A stretch of DNA of 12,845 bases from Gemmatimonadota bacterium (GTDB taxonomy: Bacteria; Gemmatimonadota; Gemmatimonadetes; Longimicrobiales; Gaopeijiaceae), in assembly GCA_039589315.1 (NCBI GenBank), contig JBDHHQ010000120.1:1-12845 (forward strand), written 5' to 3'. Below, in pieces: positions 1 to 7,824 of this stretch; the stretch's first letter is position 1, and each line of letters opens with the position of its first letter. The notes under the pieces were generated by a model. The model saw only the letters and a program-made list of their open reading frames with translations. It had not been told where the DNA came from and made no database searches. The position numbers and the translations under genes were made by a program.

Positions 1-984
1 CTCTCCGGACACGCCCCGGCGCTCGAGCACTTTCAGGAACTCGCGCATCCGGCGAGGCTCGCTGGCCACCCAATCCTGATAGGGGATCGGGTTGAAGGGG
101 ATCAGGTTCACGAACGCGTGCAGCTCCCTCGCCATCTCGGCGAGCTTGGGCGCGAGGTCGGGGTGATCGTTCACACCCCGGATCATCGTGTACTCGAAGG
201 TGATCCGCTTCCCGCCCCGAGCGTTGAAGGTCCGCAGCGCTTCCATGAGGGTGGGAAGGGGATAGCGCTTCTCCAGGGGGATGAGCCCGGCGCGGAGCTC
301 CGACTCGGGCGCGTGCAGCGAAAGGGCCAGGCGAAACTGCTCCGGGCGGTCGGCCAGCTCCAGGATCCCCGGCACGAGCCCCACGGTCGAGACGGTGATC
401 CTTCTGGCACCGACACCGAACCCCTGGTTGAGGATGGTGAGGGCCGGGTGGACGGCCTTCCGGTTGGCCAACGGTTCGCCCATGCCCATGAAGACGACGT
501 TGGAGATGCGGCCGAGCTCGTGCTCCTCGGCCCACCGGGCCGATGCCCGGTACTGCGCCGCGATCTCGCCGGCCGTGAGCTGTCGACGGAAGCCCCCCCA
601 ACCGGTCGCGCAGAACGTGCATCCCATGGCACACCCGGCCTGGGAGGAGATGCACAGCGTGAGCCGCGTCTCGGTGGGGATGAGCACCGACTCGACGAGC
701 TCGCCGTCGGCGGCGCGCCAGAGGTGCTTGACCGTCCCGTCGGCGGAACGGGACACCGTGGCGGTGTCCAGCTCTCCCACATGGAACGCCTGGGACAGCG
801 CGGCCCGCTCCGACGCCGGCAGGTTGGTCATGTCCTCAACCGATCGTGCAGCGCCGCCATACACCCAGCGGCGGACCTGGTCGACCCGGTAGGCCGGTTG
901 GCCCCGGTCTCGGAAGTGTCGGTCCAGAGCCCGCGTCAGCGCGTCGGGCGTCAGGTCGAGGAGATCTCGCGGGTCTTGGCTCAC
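1..984 (-). CDS. rlmN: Dual-specificity 23S rRNA (A2503-C2)/tRNA methyltransferase RlmN, radical SAM; 3' end lies outside the window
   Basis: Manual translation from GTG at 984: MSQDPRDLLDLTPDAL...GQPAYRVDQVRRWVY...MTNLP...SADGTVKHLW...VESVLIP...TLCISSQAGCAMGCTFCATG (CxxxCxxC)...NVVFMGMGEPLAN...ITVSTVG...LALSLHAP...ITFEYTMIRGVND...VNLIPFNP. The frame is open to base 1 with no stop in the window. Confidence 0.96.
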   Translation of the reverse strand, partial: MSQDPRDLLDLTPDALTRALDRHFRDRGQPAYRVDQVRRWVYGGAARSVEDMTNLPASERAALSQAFHVGELDTATVSRSADGTVKHLWRAADGELVESVLIPTETRLTLCISSQAGCAMGCTFCATGWGGFRRQLTAGEIAAQYRASARWAEEHELGRISNVVFMGMGEPLANRKAVHPALTILNQGFGVGARRITVSTVGLVPGILELADRPEQFRLALSLHAPESELRAGLIPLEKRYPLPTLMEALRTFNARGGKRITFEYTMIRGVNDHPDLAPKLAEMARELHAFVNLIPFNPIPYQDWVASEPRRMREFLKVLERRGVSGE

Positions 985-1019
985 GGAAAGGTCGTGGGTT
1001 CGGTTGGACCGGAGTCGAT

Positions 1020-1922
1020 TCAGTTGAGGCCGATGCTGGCCTGGAAGAAGCGGGCCGCGCCGAAGTCGTTGGGCAGCCCCTCCCGCACGATTGCCAGCCC
1101 GTAACGGCCGACTTCCAGCCTCAGCTCCAGCAGAGAGGTCCAGGGACCGCCGTTATGGGAAAGGGCTGCCGCACCGGCAATGAAACGCCCCAGCCATGTT
1201 CCCCGAACTGACAGCCGATGTTCCGGATTGAAGTCGGAGACGGTCCCCTGAAGACCGTACCCGGCAGTGAGCTCGAGGCGGTCCGGCCAGGGCGTCGGGA
1301 CACTCGCCTGGGCTCCGAGGACCGCGTCCGTTCGGGTCCCCACGGAGCGCAGGGCCGCGCCGACACCGGGACGCAGCCTACCGCCGAAGCGGGACTGGAC
1401 GCCCAGGTCGACGGCGACCCTGTCCCGTCGGTCGGAGCCAACCGTGCCGCGCATGAGCCGGACCGAGGCGCCCACCCCGGCCAGGGACATGACGCTCTGG
1501 GCAAGGCTCAACACGGCCAGGTCTTCGGTGACCGTCAGGGATCCCGGCTCGGGCTCGGGTGAGCTGCCCGTGCGCTCGATGTCCGGGATGCCCAGGTGCT
1601 GATAGGCGACGCCCACCCGGCCCAGCCAGGGCAGGTCGAAGACCACCGAGCCCACCAGGCCCTGGATGCCCGAAGCGTCGGGACCGTCCACGTGGACGAT
1701 CCACACTTCCCGCTCCTCCTGGCTGGAGGGGGCGAATCCGGAGGGATTCCAGAGGAGGGAAGGGGCACCGGTCACGAGGGCCTCGGGTCGGACGTCCGAT
1801 CGCACGGGCCAGTCGAACAGGACCTGGCTGCGGAGGGAGGCCGGCGTCACCGCAGCCACCGCCAGCGTCGCCGCCAGAAGCAACGACGGGGGCCGAGCGG
1901 AAGGTGTGCCTCGTCCCCTCAC
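1020..1922 (-). CDS. Predicted outer-membrane beta-barrel protein, PorV/PorQ (FadL-like) family-like; start uncertain (GTG 1922 or TTG 1979)
   Basis: Signal-peptide-like N-terminus (R-rich, then LLLAATLAVAAVTPASLRSQ); 'LLWNPSGFA' resembles the WNPAGLA motif of PorV/FadL-like barrels; alternating amphipathic strands (GRVGVAYQHL, GVGASVRL, VAVDLGVQ, LELTAGY); C-terminal strand FFQASIGLN. The family call is by motif recognition only. Confidence 0.6.
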   Translation of the reverse strand: MRGRGTPSARPPSLLLAATLAVAAVTPASLRSQVLFDWPVRSDVRPEALVTGAPSLLWNPSGFAPSSQEEREVWIVHVDGPDASGIQGLVGSVVFDLPWLGRVGVAYQHLGIPDIERTGSSPEPEPGSLTVTEDLAVLSLAQSVMSLAGVGASVRLMRGTVGSDRRDRVAVDLGVQSRFGGRLRPGVGAALRSVGTRTDAVLGAQASVPTPWPDRLELTAGYGLQGTVSDFNPEHRLSVRGTWLGRFIAGAAALSHNGGPWTSLLELRLEVGRYGLAIVREGLPNDFGAARFFQASIGLN

Positions 1923-1993
1923 AGGGGAGTCCCGGCCCGCGCCCGCCCGTGGAAGGCCACCGACGCTACCATGACCCAACTGCCTCCATTCGC

Positions 1994-2022
1994 TTGAACC
2001 TCCAGAATGCGCCGGTTAAGTT
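1994..2022 (+). promoter_or_regulatory. Putative sigma70-type promoter for the vanZ-aspS operon
   Basis: TTGAAC (1994-1999), 17-nt spacer, TAAGTT (2017-2022), in an AT-enriched patch of the divergent intergenic region. Confidence 0.5.
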
Positions 2023-2046
2023 AGCCGCCGTTATGCCCGTCGGAAA
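2018..2046 (-). promoter_or_regulatory. Putative divergent promoter for the barrel-rlmN unit
   Basis: Minus strand TTTCCG (2046-2041), 17-nt spacer, TAACTT (2023-2018); the -35 match is weak. Confidence 0.3.
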
Positions 2047-2117
2047 ACCTATGATCGGCGGGCGACACCGGCTGAATCCGGAGGAGTCCGCGACGGACGG
2101 CCCGAACCGAACGAGAT

Positions 2118-2498
2118 GTGATCCGCGCTTTGATCGCATGGGGACCGGCGGCGACCTGGGCGACGGTCCTCTTTTTGTTGAGTGAGTTTCGAGGCTTCAC
2201 TCCGAACGTCTGGTTCGCCGTCCACGACAAGCTCGTCCATCTGCTACTGTACGGGGTTCTCGGCGCGACGCTGAGTTGGGCGAAGCGAATGAGCGACCGC
2301 TCGGTTCCGCATTGGGCGCTTCTGTCCCTGGGCCTCGCATACGGCGTGGTCGACGAGCTTCACCAACGCTTCGTGCCCAATCGGGTGTCTTCGGTCGACG
2401 ACCTGGTGGCCGACGCCATTGGCCTCGTGATCGGCTACGTCGTGATGCTGTTGGTGTGGAACGTCGTCGGCCGGTTCCGAACGCAGCCTTCCCGGTAG
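2118..2498 (+). CDS. VanZ family membrane protein
   Basis: Four hydrophobic segments with the family motifs W..VLFLLS, DKLVHLLLYGVLG, YGVVDELHQRFVPNR and DDLVADAIG. Confidence 0.9.
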   Translation: MIRALIAWGPAATWATVLFLLSEFRGFTPNVWFAVHDKLVHLLLYGVLGATLSWAKRMSDRSVPHWALLSLGLAYGVVDELHQRFVPNRVSSVDDLVADAIGLVIGYVVMLLVWNVVGRFRTQPSR

Positions 2499-2516
2499 AT
2501 TCCTCCTCACAAAGCG

Positions 2517-4310
2517 ATGACGCCAGTCAACAAGGATCAGACTTCGCAGCGCTCGTGCTCATTGGGCGGCCTCGACGCCTCCGGCGTCGGGGAGAGGCTG
2601 CGTGTGGTGGGATGGGTGCATCGGCGCCGGGACCTGGGTGGGCTGTTCTTCCTGGATCTCAGGGACCGCACGGGCCTCTTGCAGGTTTCTCTGGGTCCGG
2701 ACTGGACGAACGCCGACGGCATGGTCGCCGGCCGGACCCTCGGCAGCGAAGACGTGGTGGCCATCGAGGGTGAGCTGAGCCTGAGACCGGAGGATGCCCG
2801 GAACCCCGAGATGCCCACCGGCGACGTGGAGCTCAAGGCTGAGCGGGTCGAGCTGCTGAACAGCGCGGTCACGCCGGCGATCCCAGTATACCGGGCCCCC
2901 GACGAGGAGCTTCCCGCCGAGGAGCTGCGCCTCCGGCATCGGGTCCTGGACCTGCGCAGGCCGGAGCTGCAGGCCCGGCTCATCTTGCGGCACCGCCTGG
3001 TCCTGGAGGCCCGCAACTACCTGAGCGAGCAGGGCTTCACCGAGATCGAGACCCCGATCCTCACCAAGCCGACCCCGGAGGGCGCGCGGGACTACCTGGT
3101 GCCCAGCCGGGTCCACCCCGGTGAGTTCTACGCCCTGCCCCAGAGTCCTCAGATCTACAAGCAGATCCTGATGGCAGCGGGATTCGACCGCTATTTCCAG
3201 ATCGCCCGCTGCTTCAGGGACGAGGACCTGCGCGCGGACCGGCAACCCGAGTTCACACAGATCGACCTGGAGGCATCGTTCGTCGAGCCCGAAGACATCT
3301 ACAGGTGGATGGAGGGGCTCATGGAAAGGCTCGCGGTGGTCGCGGGGATCGAGGCGCCCACGCCCTTCCAGCGCCTCTCGTACGCTGGCGCGCTGAACCG
3401 TTTTGGCAGCGACCGCCCGGACCTTCGCTACGCCCTGGAGATAGCGGATTGGAGCGGTCCCCTTGGCGTGCTCGACTCGGGCATCCTCCGCTCGGCCCTC
3501 GAGGGCGGCGGACGGATTCGCGGGATGGTGCTGCCCGGAGGGGCCGGTCTTTCACGACGGGAGATCGAGGCCCTCGAGGCCGAGGCCAAATCGGCCGGTG
3601 CGCCGGGGCTCCTCTGGTTCAAGCGGACGGCTGACGGAGGGACCGGTCCCTTGAGCCGATTCATGACGCCAGAAGCGTACGAGGCCACCAGGGCCGTGGA
3701 GGGTGACCTGGTGGTGGTGGCCGCCGGAGAGGACGGCGTGACGTCTCCGGCGCTGGCCGCCACGCGAGGCGCGGCCATACGGGCCCTGGACCTCCCCGCC
3801 GAGCGTGAGCATGCATGGCTGTGGGTCACAGACTTCCCCTTGTTCGAGGTCGTCCCTGGGGCGGACCGCCTCACCGCCACCCACCATCCCTTCGTGCTAC
3901 CCCACGAGGACGACGAGCAGAAGCTGGGATCGGATCCACTGTCGGTGCGGGGCCATGCCTACGATCTGGTGTATGACGGGACTGAGTTGGGTTCCGGGAG
4001 TCTGCGTTGCCACGACCCGGAGCTACAGCGCCAGGTGCTCGCGGTGTTGGGGATGGACGACACCGAGATCGACCGGCGGTTCGGATTCCTGCTCCGGGCG
4101 CTGGGGTCCGGTGCGCCTCCCCACGGAGGGATCGCTCTGGGCATGGACCGGATCGTGAAGGAATTCAGCGGTGCTCAGAGCCTTCGGGACGTCATCGCAT
4201 TCCCGAAGACGACGGCGGCGCGCGCATTGTTCGAGGGGGCACCCGTTCCGGTGTCGTCGGAGGACCTGGCCGAGCTCAGGATCCGGGTGGAGTCCAGGGC
4301 GGACGACTAG
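2517..4310 (+). CDS. aspS: Aspartate--tRNA ligase (bacterial type with GAD insertion)
   Basis: OB-fold GWVHRRRDLGGLFFLDLRD; motif 1 region EIETPILTKPTPEGARDYLVPSR; LPQSPQ; motif 2 YFQIARCFRDEDLRADRQPEFTQID; HHPF; motif 3 GAPPHGGIALGMDR; DVIAFPK. Confidence 0.98.
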   Translation: MTPVNKDQTSQRSCSLGGLDASGVGERLRVVGWVHRRRDLGGLFFLDLRDRTGLLQVSLGPDWTNADGMVAGRTLGSEDVVAIEGELSLRPEDARNPEMPTGDVELKAERVELLNSAVTPAIPVYRAPDEELPAEELRLRHRVLDLRRPELQARLILRHRLVLEARNYLSEQGFTEIETPILTKPTPEGARDYLVPSRVHPGEFYALPQSPQIYKQILMAAGFDRYFQIARCFRDEDLRADRQPEFTQIDLEASFVEPEDIYRWMEGLMERLAVVAGIEAPTPFQRLSYAGALNRFGSDRPDLRYALEIADWSGPLGVLDSGILRSALEGGGRIRGMVLPGGAGLSRREIEALEAEAKSAGAPGLLWFKRTADGGTGPLSRFMTPEAYEATRAVEGDLVVVAAGEDGVTSPALAATRGAAIRALDLPAEREHAWLWVTDFPLFEVVPGADRLTATHHPFVLPHEDDEQKLGSDPLSVRGHAYDLVYDGTELGSGSLRCHDPELQRQVLAVLGMDDTEIDRRFGFLLRALGSGAPPHGGIALGMDRIVKEFSGAQSLRDVIAFPKTTAARALFEGAPVPVSSEDLAELRIRVESRADD

Positions 4311-4360
4311 AGCGCGCCAGGACGGTCGCGAACCCTTTTCGGCGAGAGGTACGCATACGA

Positions 4361-5356
4361 ATGGCGAACGGCGACAGCACCATGGTCGAGCACCGGCTCG
4401 ACGCCGAAGGGGCGGATCACCTTCTCCTGGCCGGCGTGAACGACGCCAACATGCAGGAGATCGCACGTCTGTTCGGCGTGCGGGTCGTCCTCCGCGGGGA
4501 CCATCTGATCCTCTCGGGAGAGTTGATCGCGGTGGAAAAAGCGGTGCCCGTCACGCATCACCTCATCGAGCTGGCTCGTCTGCGGGCACCATTCGACACC
4601 AACGACATCGCCCGGTTCGCGGAGGAGGCGGCCACGCTGGGTGAGGTCGGGCGCATACCGGCCGACGAGGCTCTCCGCATCGCTCTCCCGGGATCCAGCA
4701 AGGTCATCAGCCCGAAGTCCGATGGGCAGCGGCGCTACCTGGAGGCGATCTCCGAGTACGACATCGTCATCGGCATCGGTCCCGCGGGGACGGGCAAGAC
4801 CTACCTGGCGGTGGCTCGGGCCGTGGATGCTCTCTACAAGAAACGGGTGCGCCGGATCGTCCTGGCTCGGCCGGCCGTCGAGGCGGGCGAGAACCTGGGG
4901 TTCCTTCCGGGAGACCTCCAGGAGAAGGTCGATCCCTACCTGCGTCCCTTGTACGATGCTCTCGAGGACATGATGCCCCACGACCGCGTTCAGCGGGCCC
5001 TCGAGTCCCACACGATCGAGATCGCGCCGCTCGCCTACATGCGGGGGCGCACGCTCGCCGACGCCTTCGTGATCCTCGACGAGGCCCAGAACGCCACGAC
5101 GGCGCAGATGAAGATGTTCCTCACGCGCGTGGGGCTGAACTCCCAGGTCGTGATTACGGGCGACAAGACCCAGGTCGACCTGCCGCGTCGGGAGGACTCC
5201 GGGCTCCTGGAGGTCGAGCGGATCCTGACGGGCATCGACGGCATCGCGCTGGTGTATCTGGACGCCATGGACGTGATTCGGCACCGATTGGTCAAGGACA
5301 TCATCCGGGCCTACGCCCTGGCCGACGAGGAGTCCCTTCTGGAGTCGGACGGGTGA
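4361..5356 (+). CDS. phoH: PhoH-family ATPase (YbeZ-like)
   Basis: ATG 4361 preceded by GAGAGGT (4344-4350). Walker A GPAGTGKT, RPAVEAGENLGFLPGDL, EIAPLAYMRGRTL, DEAQN, TGD..QVDL, RHRLV. The track's start at 4007 overlaps aspS and is unlikely. Confidence 0.95.
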   Translation: MANGDSTMVEHRLDAEGADHLLLAGVNDANMQEIARLFGVRVVLRGDHLILSGELIAVEKAVPVTHHLIELARLRAPFDTNDIARFAEEAATLGEVGRIPADEALRIALPGSSKVISPKSDGQRRYLEAISEYDIVIGIGPAGTGKTYLAVARAVDALYKKRVRRIVLARPAVEAGENLGFLPGDLQEKVDPYLRPLYDALEDMMPHDRVQRALESHTIEIAPLAYMRGRTLADAFVILDEAQNATTAQMKMFLTRVGLNSQVVITGDKTQVDLPRREDSGLLEVERILTGIDGIALVYLDAMDVIRHRLVKDIIRAYALADEESLLESDG

Positions 5357-7800
5357 GCACCGGGAACGGGCGGAGCCGGGGACCCACGGTTCTCGACGGC
5401 CTCTCGACGAGACCCACCGGGGTCTGGCCGGATGCGGTGCTGCACCACGGAGCCCGCATAGCCTTGCTGCTGCTCGTTGCCGTAACCGTGACTGCCCTGT
5501 TCCCTCCGGTGACGAGCATCACGATGGTGGGGTACGAGCTCGGCACAGTGGTCGAGGAAGACCTCATTGCCGAGTTTCCCTTCGCCGTTCCCAAGTCCGC
5601 CGAGGAGCTGGCCCGGGAGCGGGCTGACGCAGCGGCGTCGGTTCCGCCCACCTTCGACTTCCGTCCGGACGCCGCCGATTCAATGGCGGTACGCCTCGAG
5701 CGCTTCTTCGCAGCCGTGGATTCGGCGGTCGGCCAGGGAGAGGCCGCCGCGTTGGAAGACTACCTGAGCCGCGTCCGTATCCGGACCCAGCCTGCCCAGC
5801 TCGCGCTGCTGGTCGAGCCGGACAGCCGCGCTCAGCTTCGGCGTGCCTCGCTACGGGCCGCCCAGGAGATCTTGCCCGGGGGCGTCATCGAGAGCGAATC
5901 CGACATCACCACCGACCGGGTGGCGGTACGCGTCGGCGATCAGGACCAGGGCTACATCGGCCTCGACCAGCTGATGACGCCGCGGGAGTTCCAGGCCGAG
6001 GCCGAAGCAGGCCTGGGATCGAGCCCCTCCAGCGACGCGACCGATCTTCTGCGGCTGATTCTGATCCGGTGGCAGGAATACAACTACACGCTGAACGTGG
6101 TGGCCACCGACGTGGACCGGAATCAGGCCCGCCAGGCCGTGGACACCACCCGCGAGAGCATCCTGGCCGGCGAGGCCATCGTCCGGGCGAACCAGCAGAT
6201 CCGCGCACCGGAGATCGAGCGCCTCACCGCCTACGAGCGGCAGCTCCAGACCCTCGGTCTGGTGGAGGAGGGCGTCTCGTTACTCCCGTTCGTCGGCTCC
6301 ACCCTGGTGGCAGTCCTGCTCCTGGGCCTCTTCGGCATGTTGCTGTTCTTCTACCGCCGCGAGGTCTACACCACTTTTGTCTGGCTCTTGCTGCTGGCTT
6401 CCCTCGTCACAGGGTACTTCCTCGTGGCTTGGGTCATCGACCTGAACCGGTTCGCACCCGAGTTGCTCCCCATCGCGTTCGTCGCCCTGGCCGTTGCGGT
6501 GCTGTGGGACGGGCGCATGGCGCTGGTTCTGGTCCTGCTCCTGGCGCTGCTCACCGGCACGTTGGAGGGCTTCGCGCAGCACGGGATCGTGCTGACGACG
6601 GCCACCGGTGGCTCCGCCGCCGCGCTGAGCGTGCGGGCAGTGCGCCGCCGGGCGCAGACCTGGGTCTTCGTCGCGATCATCGCCGCGGCGTATGCAGCCA
6701 TGGTCTTCGCGCTCGGTCTGGTCGAGAGTGCCTCCGCGAGCTCGGTGTTGACCGGAACCTTCTGGGGCGTGGCCAACGCCACCGCCTCCGCGATCCTGGC
6801 CATGGGCTTCCTGCCCGTGTTCGAGTGGGTCACGGGGATCACCACCGACCAGACACTGCTGGAGTGGGCGGATCCGAATCGGTCCCTCCTGAAGCGGCTG
6901 GCCATGGAGGCGCCGGGGACCCACAGCCACTCGATTCAGGTGGCCAACCTGGCCGAGGCCGGAGCCGCCGCGATCGAGGCCAACGGGCTCCTCTGCAGAG
7001 TGGGAGCCTACTATCACGACGTCGGGAAGGTCCTGAAGCCCCAATACTTCATCGAGAACCAGCCCGAGGGCCGGAATCCCCACGACAAGCTCAAGCCGTC
7101 CACATCGGCGCAGGTCGTCCGGGAGCACGTCACCGAGGGCCTGCGTCTGGCGCGGGACGCGAAGGTCCCGAAGGCCATCGCTGACTTCATCTCGCAGCAC
7201 CACGGCACCCAACGCATCGCGTACTTCTACCAGAAGGCGGTGGAGGAAGCCGGGGAGGGTAGCGTCGATCCGGCTCCCTTCACGTATCCGGGCCCGCGTC
7301 CTCAGTCGCGGGAGACGGCGATCTGCATGTTCGCCGACTCCGTGGAGTCCGCCACGCGCGTCCTGCAGGACGCCACGCCGCAGAGGATCAGGGGGCTCGT
7401 GCACAGCCTGGTGGAGTCCAAGATCCGGGACGGTCAACTCGACGACGCCGACCTCACGCTCCGGGAGGTGGCGGTCCTCGAGGATCAGTTCGTGAAGATG
7501 GTGAGCGGCATGTACCACCACCGCATCGACTATCCTACGACCCGCCACTTGACGGAATCGCCCGACGTCTCGGCCGGTGAGGAGGGGGAAGAAGGGCCCC
7601 CCGAGGAGGCGGCTTCGGCGTCCTCGGGCTCCGATCCTGCCACGTCGGGCGGAGCTGAAGCCGGAGCACCTGAAGGCTCCCCGGCCCTGGGCCCGGACGG
7701 CGCGGGGGCGCCCGTCCGCACCGAAGCCCCCGCCTCGGAGGCCCCCGCGGACGACACCGGGGAGGAAGAAGCCCCCCAGCTCCCCGGCCTGGGCACCTGA
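5353..7800 (+). CDS. 7TM-HD (HDIG) membrane metal-dependent phosphohydrolase, PgpH/YqfF-like putative cyclic-di-AMP phosphodiesterase
   Basis: N-terminal TM, large extracytoplasmic domain (GEAIVRANQ), about seven TM helices, then an HD domain: APGTHSHS, AYYHDVGK, YFIENQ...NPHD, HVTEG, QHHGT, YPGPRPQ, ADSVES, HHRIDYP. The GTG start overlaps the phoH stop (GTGA), and the gene sits in the known phoH-pgpH-ybeY context. Confidence 0.9.
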   Translation: MSTGNGRSRGPTVLDGLSTRPTGVWPDAVLHHGARIALLLLVAVTVTALFPPVTSITMVGYELGTVVEEDLIAEFPFAVPKSAEELARERADAAASVPPTFDFRPDAADSMAVRLERFFAAVDSAVGQGEAAALEDYLSRVRIRTQPAQLALLVEPDSRAQLRRASLRAAQEILPGGVIESESDITTDRVAVRVGDQDQGYIGLDQLMTPREFQAEAEAGLGSSPSSDATDLLRLILIRWQEYNYTLNVVATDVDRNQARQAVDTTRESILAGEAIVRANQQIRAPEIERLTAYERQLQTLGLVEEGVSLLPFVGSTLVAVLLLGLFGMLLFFYRREVYTTFVWLLLLASLVTGYFLVAWVIDLNRFAPELLPIAFVALAVAVLWDGRMALVLVLLLALLTGTLEGFAQHGIVLTTATGGSAAALSVRAVRRRAQTWVFVAIIAAAYAAMVFALGLVESASASSVLTGTFWGVANATASAILAMGFLPVFEWVTGITTDQTLLEWADPNRSLLKRLAMEAPGTHSHSIQVANLAEAGAAAIEANGLLCRVGAYYHDVGKVLKPQYFIENQPEGRNPHDKLKPSTSAQVVREHVTEGLRLARDAKVPKAIADFISQHHGTQRIAYFYQKAVEEAGEGSVDPAPFTYPGPRPQSRETAICMFADSVESATRVLQDATPQRIRGLVHSLVESKIRDGQLDDADLTLREVAVLEDQFVKMVSGMYHHRIDYPTTRHLTESPDVSAGEEGEEGPPEEAASASSGSDPATSGGAEAGAPEGSPALGPDGAGAPVRTEAPASEAPADDTGEEEAPQLPGLGT

Positions 7801-7824
7801 GCCCGGCACCTGCCGATAGCCCCC

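Noticed and set aside
2033..2185. ATG 2033 just after the predicted start site opening a 50-codon frame, plus a strong GGAGGAG at about 2080-2086
   Set aside because: The frame overlaps the VanZ gene out of frame with no recognisable product, and the SD-like sequence has no suitably spaced start codon.
4007..4360. N-terminal extensions given by the ORF track for PhoH (4007), UbiB (9584) and MeaB (11414)
   Set aside because: The PhoH and UbiB extensions overlap upstream genes and all three are non-homologous low-complexity sequence; downstream ATGs match the family N-termini.
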